Virus record (IMG/VR): IMGVR_UViG_3300030098_004828
Location: 1 to 64,000 of that record
Length of the DNA: 64,000 nt
Direction: 5' to 3' (one strand)
The notes beneath the pieces are model-generated. The model saw only the letters and a list, made by a program, of their open reading frames with translations. It ran no database searches and was not told where the DNA came from. The translations under genes were made by a program, and so were the position numbers. Shown piece after piece: positions 58,501 through 64,000 of this stretch (positions are counted from its first letter, which is position 1; every line of letters begins with the position of its first letter).

Positions 58501-59538
58501 GGTCAACAAGGTCAATCTGCGCAAGACTTTATAAATTCACAAAAGCATGGGGGTGTTATGTTTCTTAATATTAAAGATTTTACAAGTAAAGGTCTAGATT
58601 GGAGTATGACTAAAGGTAATTTAGGTAGTATAAATCATGAATTAAGACATTTATTATCACCAGTTCAAACTCCACGTCAACTGGATCCATATCAAATTGG
58701 TAGGGTACATATAGAGGTGACAAATAAATTACGAGAATTATATACTAAAAAAGAAAATATACTAAAAGATTCAAATATTCCTGATTATATTAAAAGATCA
58801 AGAACAGGAGAGATTCAAAGACAAATAAATTATTGGTTTGGTGAAGCTGAGGCATATAAAACATTACATGGATTAGATCCTTTAGATATAAAAAGTCTTA
58901 ACGTACCTATAGATGCAAGTTTTGATGTATATAAAAATTACCCTATTTTAAGATCAAGTAAAAGGGGTATGGGTCAAGGTTCAGATCTACAATGGTACTA
59001 TAATAATCCACAGGAACAACAAGTTAGATATGGAAGATTTAGAGAAGTTCTTGAAGATTTTTATGGTTTGGGTAAAGAAAGTAAGCTAACAAAAAAACAA
59101 ATAAAAGCTGTTGGTAATGATTTGGATTATATAATGAATAATATAGATGACTATACTTCTATGAGATGGATAAAAAATATGGGATATACAGATGATGTTC
59201 TTGTAGATTATGCAAAGAGCCATCCACATCTACAATTAGATCCATCAAAAATGTCTGCAGATGATGTCTTAGAATTTATAAGAAAGAATGATGAAAAATT
59301 ATTAAAACTAGAAAACAATCCTATATTTAAGAAATGGGGAATAACAGCAGAAGAGACAGGGATGGGTGCGTATGATGATGTATTAGGATTAATTACGAAG
59401 ATTGAGAATTCAGCTGGTAAACCTTTAAGAACAGGAAGTAAAGCTTGGAGAAAAGAAGTTCTTGATTGGTTTAATAAAGCATGGGCTATAGGTCCTATTG
59501 GAATAGGTGTTGGTACAACTTTAGAACAACAAGAATAA
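49549..59538 (+). CDS. Giant multidomain internal virion/ejected cargo-type protein (2 zincin domains, lytic transglycosylase)
   Basis: HEISH 52984, HELRH 58636, AES...NPNSSATGLYQ 55318-55380, recurring GG/AQDG motifs. Confidence 0.7.
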   Translation: MKYSKDGYKRNSKDKNNPYNIIPSGNITMEGVDFPVYGVDNLGNSQVMMPGANYTFPGNEVFEVPLVQLQKGGEPPYKTTDNEGNDWVIIGDHKISADHVELLEDGTLSWHDVSVLNQLIKTDPNYSIDNNGNFKYKGEQGEMSFKTHFSRKSNPFVQFWERRNVDLPRTFMDVEGKTMEEKFENIAQLYVDMFHQMKTKEWEVGEEEGVNWDQGTVSSKNDLSNLTDRGYHFMDDEIVSTGVVGKFDDFFRGNFNISVTGGLKQNDLKEAVKKFLRDEYFKQDKEERTNLEYEIQYPYINDLTITKLTDVEKSGEAIKEHFENVKGNKYLEHELEDYIDEVKRTQVITGFKAVHWGPGNSELKWDSGWVGPIGTNNTDEESNKKEVLEWFDNLEPNEKENIVGAMPNINFNEDYDKDDFYRELIYTLQFNDPAVSSSRNSWRDKFPAHLLPPGLSNLHDWSEVVNANENIDWLPGSDMSHGSKNPYDVNRGYLTDDFKQTLRTDEMADTIFPGHGISNHYMEDTSTPGFDNTIKGHTINWGEIERGNTGGWGSVRLGTNIWPKKEENPEVWGQTHDYFKQNYPFRYTQFKLKYGDPLKGDSSEWEKAVEDFLIDKEGGYNSPWFNRVDEVTTGGHYSQEGSKGVCAEGYIQQWDAYGNRWICVEQKVFKNESSGFAQDKPITLETKNIDLLPTFIPELPAFTKQNVNVSETNEETNYPKYLKFNDNWEKQLKRLGIWDERIQKKVNRLNTHPSARFKNVDHSDLKTESSSNVFGIKDWNTGRLLQDGDISSGSLYWTEGLGDRWYERYLRKLNKEENRKNKWRRQSSGVTTYKDDFKGWDTFTMDLYNKGNQTFFHPGELTEEDYIKYLQSHGVNDLIINKILNHTETFSDSEIQKIIDQDPVIMEKLNTSGEPGDREVPKTLQDYRDRFGVENYKYGGFLRKGQDGTNTDDDVVLDTVDLTGDKVEQTYYPDYDFYDISGEKQKLIEKLQTDAFKDRYYKHYENLTGKQMTDEEYNQRLADQIAFIQGGSDQATPIMYTRNEEGNIDVFEEGKGGKTIYGHMSPTFLKDYFNTSRGHVQYLFERDENNNIIEDENGNPIITGWEMSLPGAKEYEAMEWMTGPDGYSQFSGPDGVHPLAHSTMQHEISHLYNAPNSPLWRGIDEYNDSNPLTGEIFGDHQPWYADDHTRAIEEIGAGRTMFEQALKDYGIWDSNKGEFKDRHLKKLERAIAKNDDFIRDPRVGNYLFINANTDQGITTQRTEVNEYLESLGLANPTDWYLSDYGTGITNQISPRLMQSDLTNSLNIINRYESKYPSIPSREEKRKRDYDGSWWRNVKRMEKEDHKMMKNFMSDKFDITEIQDPNYDIIYDLKGSFIDEYMQRGNIEKLGVYEGKVDGLAEYFTTGDTFDYNHPGFKEMPDEFRKKYEVKFNELLSEDNRNNLIDILNRTSKGWNYQQGNLWDDEKEVRIPYTAQQLTDEDIIFYKDFEKQYQQLSNQIQQEIYEYHKHKIDQGGKNVKKYLNEWAMDNDVDETVTAKDGKEINNLSQRIANNLKYNEQNDFDYFGIINTDNKLAKADAGKEISNIITGLAEFKNGGDIGKSFLNFGNKFGEENVHILMNHLKHNNKTKNLKKLQDGGDYMKFITDMMNNPNAFKERLKNITPIGYDVKHAFNEVVANKKLPTYWDGKPQTWETWGENLTFINEDGEEVSAYTKENLELIKNTSTDAWHLYLGYKPENKTMSKSVFKPTVDVDNPNATYYSFNNPLDIWGDIKHSGILDYGEEDFKNFWEESNKNKRVPKGYYNTAKFENKSKGEKEELNQYIQVLDSSAGGFALKDYQLSKGYDEEIGLPYIAYYDIFDFDIPLAGRSIKGSKVAGNPYEIYGRLYYDANYTDEDGDPFLIPQEFIGSYNIDFNDFEKGIRWAESKNGILMENPNSSATGLYQQLYDQIKEEYGGTREQFKNDLAAQEFFFKRRQDGDLRKCCGVNSDMKDGMDLWHEFFNIFQEHGKGMPLTPIEVASLVYFQGKSGARRYIKGSLLEELPLSDVIPENISAINKNPTEYLEETQSGIRKYKTGGETGKTERENIYEALQKYESNQQVDKSMYEKLLRLGLVGKTNKEKEEEKIQKQKLKQDQKKKEEKEKLSLTSLWKEFILGGKEDKKNKKKKREDIGYSPIKIEMDVTTDLANKIQNEEYLKAAKTFNQSLQDNKSQIMKATNIDDANYNHIITLAQDMFGEQQNNSGMYNITYEGLSSDEKGILKSLGVISNEDFSNPYKAGIAYATVLALKSKLKLSMGGSLPMPSSYSKLSKLYSADLGTEITDINDKIRLYDEYVNGKFDDHTNKDSMEKLYDKFNRQYYYSAKDSDMPIYDFMKKTSDELVKAQDGKNDIDKVTGKTKREIKSQLKDEGWNRRQRRQIINNTDAEDLYERDVDGNVKLVDYYSRDYRNAYYARNEDGDLGYSGAIATWDDTLKDGKGDWMRWLPTVNLYANSPETDWIENKKNNQSWFAKFIGRDPGKDWMGIEWERSMQNPYYNKRMYETNPVAKAVMDATGNQPGSAPFGYDSWMGLMGDTPYTLLGIPAASTIGAYGPTVGAPILNTADDFAMWLNRGPVGQNISRLWNYNPSKISGTSGLLGGPQYKIPGLTLGNTINSGFAAHGVTNIGPNIYDFSQDPSWGGAGNVGINLLEMSPLYGPTWNYLKSGTSYLGSKMPNFRGTPVGGTTASNRPARVVSPEANVEYQKHLQYLKDNNVVQSPYLQDAIDGSSSVFLKQGDRVGYLTISKLDDGTYVYKNHASATAGKPQIDPKILQQAEDIELKINELRKIREIVNKNYFGVDDAVSMKEKVNLKNQASKLSFETTGYKSVDEVDNAINSLINEHRALNVNYTGSTIKGASANEPLHSIQLIDDVDLNKMNVELNRVINSMNSEHNIQKTMVNTGMNRDQVIKMHNEWLDELIGSKTYIGDFTHSSPYYNYSAMYSRNIAGQQGQSAQDFINSQKHGGVMFLNIKDFTSKGLDWSMTKGNLGSINHELRHLLSPVQTPRQLDPYQIGRVHIEVTNKLRELYTKKENILKDSNIPDYIKRSRTGEIQRQINYWFGEAEAYKTLHGLDPLDIKSLNVPIDASFDVYKNYPILRSSKRGMGQGSDLQWYYNNPQEQQVRYGRFREVLEDFYGLGKESKLTKKQIKAVGNDLDYIMNNIDDYTSMRWIKNMGYTDDVLVDYAKSHPHLQLDPSKMSADDVLEFIRKNDEKLLKLENNPIFKKWGITAEETGMGAYDDVLGLITKIENSAGKPLRTGSKAWRKEVLDWFNKAWAIGPIGIGVGTTLEQQE

Positions 59539-59593
59539 TTTAGCTTATGTGCTTAGAATTTAGTATATTATAATATATAGTAGACTTTTTTAA

Positions 59594-62500
59594 ATGAATA
59601 AAAAATTAAGGAAATATCAAGAAGGTGGTACGGTATCAGAAAACTGTCCTGGACCAGTTCAAAATCCTGAATTGAATACTGCAAATAGAAATGAAGCAAT
59701 TTCTTCAACAAATTATAAAGTTGCAGAAGATTCTAGAAATTGTGCTGGATGCTTATTTTATGATATATCTCCAAGAATGAATTCATGTACAGGATCTAAA
59801 GGTGAAGTAGGATATTGCTGGAAAAATAAATTTGTTTGTCAAGCAGAAAATGTATGTGATATTCATAAATCAGGAGGGCCTATAGAAGAAACATCAGATT
59901 CAATTAAAGCTCAACAAGTAAGTGTTAATGAACTGGAAATGCAAAATTCTCCAGAAATGTTGCAAATGCCTGAAATGCAAATGAATCCAGACCAATATGT
60001 TAAACAATATAAAATGGGTGGTCAAATTCTTACAAAGGCACAAGATGGTTGGTCAGGTTTTCCAATACCAGAAGATACAGAGTCTACTATACAAAATCTT
60101 GGTACAGGAAATATTACTCAGAATCTTATTGAAATAATCAATGGAAATATAGAGAAAAATATATGGGATAAAAAAACATTTGATACAAATTATTGGAATA
60201 CGGATTTAGAAGGTAATCCTCGTCCCACAACTATGAGAAGTTTTAGTAGAAGGGAGCAATGGAATCAAGGAGATGATCCTCTTAATTTTAATAGAGAGTA
60301 TTTTGGATCTTTCACTCATCCTTCAGAAGGTAATCCATACGGAGATTTTTCATTTATGACACAAACAAGCTATCCTAAAGAAAGATCTAAATTAGGAAAA
60401 TTTTTTACAGGGCAAAAATATAATCCTAATAAACAAGAATTTAATCAAGAAATGATATTTGGAGCTGATGCAGCTGCAGCATATGCTGAATCATTTGAAC
60501 AAACTCATGTAACTCAAGATGCTCAAATAGATGAAGATTTATTAATTGCACAAAATTATGGATCTATGTCTCCTGAAATTACATTAACACCTAAAAAATA
60601 TGGTGGATCATTCAGAGCACAGAATGGAACTGAAACTAGTTTATTTGATTTAAATATGGATATAAAAGAAATTTATCCTGATTTAGATGAAATCATTGAA
60701 AATAAAAATTGGGATGATGAAGATATGGATTCTATATTTAGAAATTGGATTGAACAACAAAAAGAAAATATAAATTATAAAGAAAACAAAAGAGAAGGTG
60801 AATCAAGAAAAGATTTTAAAAATAGGTTAGATGATGAAGCTAGTAGATTTTATTATGCGTATCAAGGACTTGAACCACATAGAGAGAAATATTTTATAGA
60901 TAAAGGTAAAGAAAGATTAATAAATTATAGAGAAGGTGAACGAACAGAAAGAGGAGATGCTGCAAAAGAAAAAGCTATAAATTATTTTACTGAATATTTA
61001 GATTCTCCTTTATTAAAAACCAGACTTGAAAATCTTTATCCTGGAGATCCTGAAAAACAACAAGCAGTAATTGATGCTAAAAAAGAACAGCTTTCTGGTT
61101 TATTAATTGAAGAACAAGATCCTCAAGAGTGGCAAAATATGTTGGATGATCCTTTTAGTCTATTTACTACGGATTATTATGATACAGGAACTATATACAA
61201 ACCTAATAAAAATTGGGCTTCTTTTAATGATGCTCAAATGGATTATATCAAAGAAAAAGAGGGTTATGTTCATGATATATTACCGGGTAGTATTGTTAAT
61301 GAAATATCTCATGCTTTAAATGTAAACATTGGTAATGTTCCAAAGAAAGAAGTATATGATGATGAGGCTCTTTATTCACTAGGTTATCTTGGACATCATT
61401 CACCAAAAGAAGTGACTATAAATCCTAATATAGCAATGCATCCATATGAACTTGAATTAGCAGCAAATTTAAAAGAAGATGCTAATCCAAATGAACATGA
61501 TAGAGATGAACATAATGTTAAATCTGATATTGATACAATTAGATATGAGTTATATAATGCTGGTATGTATGATTTTAATGATCCTGATTTTAAATTTACA
61601 CAAGATCATATAGATCATTTACGTAACAATCCCGAGAAGTTTCATAAAAGTCAGTTAATGCTAGATATGTTTGAAGATGAAGATTTATTAAATAACTTAA
61701 ATATATTTACTGATACTTCATCAATGCCTGCTAATATATCTAAATATGGTTCAGAATTAACAAATGCGTTATATAACTATGGAGGTTCATTGCCAAAATT
61801 CCAAGGTAATAATAATAGTGAAACTGGTGATGCTAATCAAATTCCTGAAGGTTCTACTTCAGCGTTTCCACAATATCATACTCAAAGTTTATTGCCTGGT
61901 ATGTATGAGGATAATACTTATAATTTTTTAAGTCCTGAAATTAATGCAATGTTAGAAACAGATAATCAATCATCAGGAGATTTTGATGATAAATCTTTTT
62001 CTGAAGCTTTTGCAGAATATCATAAACTTCTAGGTCCTGGACAAGAATTTACTTGGCAAGGAAAAATATATAGCACAGATATGGCAGATGATGGTTCAGA
62101 ACCTTCAGAAAATAATAATGCTATTAATAATGCAGATTCTAATGCTAATGCTGATAATTCAAATATGAATGATAACAGCGACTCAGAAGAAATTCTTAAT
62201 AATGAAGAAGTAGATGAGTTTAATGAACAACCTCAATTTAAAAACAAAAAAATAAAAGATACTTTTAGAATGGATAATTCTTCTTCATTAGCATTTTTAG
62301 AAAGTAAATCATCTCCTCTTTTTTCTCTTATAGCTGCTATTGGAGATACTGTTGATTCATATAAATCAGAAAATTTTATAGATCCAGGATCTAAAGAAGA
62401 TTATGAAAAATGGTCAATAAAAAACACTACAGATAAAGCCGGTTATATAGATGAGGATGGTAATGTAATATCAGAAAAAGACTATGTAGAAGGAGAAGTT

Positions 62501-64000
62501 CTTAAAGGAATGCAAGAAAGAACTAATTTAGCTCCAGATGTATTTGGGCAAGCAGTGGGTTATGATGCTAATGCAAAAACAGTGGATTATAAAGGAGGTT
62601 CAAAACAAGGAAACTATTTAGAGTCAATGAATCCGGATGCAAATTATTTTGGATTTTCACAAGACACAGAAGGTAATTATATGTTTGAAAACAAATTAGT
62701 TACAGATAACCAAGAAGGTACAGTATATAGTCCTACAAGTCAAACAAGATATAGAAGTGATAAACTTATAACAGGATATGAAGGAGATTATTCAGATGAT
62801 TTTATTCAATATGATGCAGATGCACAAGAGTATATAGATTATTCTAATCCTGATCATGTAATTCCTGATCAAGCAGGATGGCTTACTCCTATAGCTAATC
62901 AACAGCAAAATACAAATAATCCTAATCAACCAACAGGTTCTGATGATATATTTGCTAGATATGGAGGAGGTTTACCTTTGTTTCAAGATAAAGGAGAATT
63001 TAGTATTAATGAACATGGTATAATAGATACATCTGAAATGGAAGGATATGATCCAGATGATCTATATGATTTCCTAGCAGAAAATTATGGTAAAGTAGAT
63101 ACATCTAAACAGCAACAAGCTCTTCTTACAAAATTACAATCTCCAACTTTTAGAGATAGATATGCCGCTAATATATATAATATTACAGGAGAACAATTAT
63201 CTGAAGATGAATTAACAGAAAGAATAAATGCTCAGTATGATTTTACTGCAGCAGGTGCACCATTTCATACTGTATATCCACCAGTTTCACATAGTCCAGG
63301 AGGATTTCCTTATTGGAGTACTACAAATATAAATCCATATCAGCCTAAAGATATTGCAACGATGGACTACTTCGGAACGGGTAATATGATGGATAGAATG
63401 AGGGGTAATAAGGGAATGTTTTTTACTAATAAAGAAGGATATGATATTTCTGAACTACCTATACCAGAACTTGCCCAGTATAGTTTTGTACCTGGTTTAA
63501 ATAAAACAAGACAGGTAGGATGGATGGGTGATAATCCTTGGACTTTTCGTGATGATGCTGATGATACAATTATACATGAGTATGCACATTCATATAATAC
63601 TGATGTATCTCCATTATTTGCACCTGCAGGTAAACAATATATTAATCCAGGAGTTTATTATAATGATAAAGCTGGTGAACGTTATCAAGAATGGTTAACT
63701 AATTTATTTGGTGAAGATTATTTTGATGAAACTAAAACAGATTTTATTTCACAGTGGTCTATGCAACCTCAAGAAATAAGTTCTATGAGATCAGAAAATG
63801 AAGCAGCATTATTATCCTCAGGAATTTGGGATCATAATAAAGAAAAATTTGGTGAGCAACATTTAAATGAATTGTTAGAATCAGATTTTTTATTTCCTAG
63901 AGGTCATTCAATGAAGCATTTACAAGCACTGGGATATGGTGAACTTCGTGGTATGAATAAAGATTTGAGTAAACAACAAAAAGAATATGATCTTCAATTA
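59594..64000 (+). CDS. Second giant multidomain cargo-type protein (truncated at window edge)
   Basis: Not in ORF track (no stop in window); ATG 59594 MNKKLRKYQEGG...; Cys module, NEISH 61298, HEYAH 63575, same GG motifs. Confidence 0.75.
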   Translation, partial: MNKKLRKYQEGGTVSENCPGPVQNPELNTANRNEAISSTNYKVAEDSRNCAGCLFYDISPRMNSCTGSKGEVGYCWKNKFVCQAENVCDIHKSGGPIEETSDSIKAQQVSVNELEMQNSPEMLQMPEMQMNPDQYVKQYKMGGQILTKAQDGWSGFPIPEDTESTIQNLGTGNITQNLIEIINGNIEKNIWDKKTFDTNYWNTDLEGNPRPTTMRSFSRREQWNQGDDPLNFNREYFGSFTHPSEGNPYGDFSFMTQTSYPKERSKLGKFFTGQKYNPNKQEFNQEMIFGADAAAAYAESFEQTHVTQDAQIDEDLLIAQNYGSMSPEITLTPKKYGGSFRAQNGTETSLFDLNMDIKEIYPDLDEIIENKNWDDEDMDSIFRNWIEQQKENINYKENKREGESRKDFKNRLDDEASRFYYAYQGLEPHREKYFIDKGKERLINYREGERTERGDAAKEKAINYFTEYLDSPLLKTRLENLYPGDPEKQQAVIDAKKEQLSGLLIEEQDPQEWQNMLDDPFSLFTTDYYDTGTIYKPNKNWASFNDAQMDYIKEKEGYVHDILPGSIVNEISHALNVNIGNVPKKEVYDDEALYSLGYLGHHSPKEVTINPNIAMHPYELELAANLKEDANPNEHDRDEHNVKSDIDTIRYELYNAGMYDFNDPDFKFTQDHIDHLRNNPEKFHKSQLMLDMFEDEDLLNNLNIFTDTSSMPANISKYGSELTNALYNYGGSLPKFQGNNNSETGDANQIPEGSTSAFPQYHTQSLLPGMYEDNTYNFLSPEINAMLETDNQSSGDFDDKSFSEAFAEYHKLLGPGQEFTWQGKIYSTDMADDGSEPSENNNAINNADSNANADNSNMNDNSDSEEILNNEEVDEFNEQPQFKNKKIKDTFRMDNSSSLAFLESKSSPLFSLIAAIGDTVDSYKSENFIDPGSKEDYEKWSIKNTTDKAGYIDEDGNVISEKDYVEGEVLKGMQERTNLAPDVFGQAVGYDANAKTVDYKGGSKQGNYLESMNPDANYFGFSQDTEGNYMFENKLVTDNQEGTVYSPTSQTRYRSDKLITGYEGDYSDDFIQYDADAQEYIDYSNPDHVIPDQAGWLTPIANQQQNTNNPNQPTGSDDIFARYGGGLPLFQDKGEFSINEHGIIDTSEMEGYDPDDLYDFLAENYGKVDTSKQQQALLTKLQSPTFRDRYAANIYNITGEQLSEDELTERINAQYDFTAAGAPFHTVYPPVSHSPGGFPYWSTTNINPYQPKDIATMDYFGTGNMMDRMRGNKGMFFTNKEGYDISELPIPELAQYSFVPGLNKTRQVGWMGDNPWTFRDDADDTIIHEYAHSYNTDVSPLFAPAGKQYINPGVYYNDKAGERYQEWLTNLFGEDYFDETKTDFISQWSMQPQEISSMRSENEAALLSSGIWDHNKEKFGEQHLNELLESDFLFPRGHSMKHLQALGYGELRGMNKDLSKQQKEYDLQL

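Noticed and set aside
1716-61319. Short antisense or alternate-frame ORFs in the track (e.g. 1716, 3154, 13566, 13714, 17298, 24333, 45033, 55292, 61107)
   Set aside because: They overlap well-supported genes and show shadow-frame composition.
1-64000. Stop-codon reassignment as in some Crassvirales
   Set aside because: Very long ORFs are intact in code 11, and TAG (portal, ring protein) and TGA act as stops at sensible gene ends.

Overview
AT-rich fragment of a large lytic, crAss-like (Crassvirales-related) podovirus genome. The host is probably Bacteroidota/Flavobacteriia, inferred from gene families and TAnnTTTG-like promoters. Standard genetic code; no integrase or CRISPR seen. The left arm (1-14009, minus strand) carries replication and early genes: primase, SSB-like protein, Sak4-like AAA ATPase, DnaB helicase, a DnaA domain IV-like protein, NinB-like protein, SF2 helicase, HNH nuclease and several tiny membrane peptides. 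The right arm (14304-64000, plus strand) carries nuclease/lysis genes, GroES, terminase, portal, scaffold, major capsid, Cys-rich tail proteins, a 2728-aa muzzle/tail-stabilisation protein and two giant internal-virion-type proteins (the second runs off the window). Most notable: (1) a noncoding block at 12345-13213 (minus) with a 78-nt alanine-acceptor RNA that has tmRNA tRNA-like-domain geometry but no mRNA-like domain, followed by a ~740-nt densely structured RNA; (2) the giant proteins are strings of enzyme-like modules (four zincin paralogues, a lytic transglycosylase, a HiPIP-like Cys module) separated by a recurring YGG/AQDG-type motif, suggesting a processed or tagged cargo polyprotein; (3) adhesin-like domains inserted into structural proteins on Pro- or Cys-rich stalks; (4) a pseudoknot RNA upstream of primase. 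All assignments are by-eye motif recognition; no searches were run.
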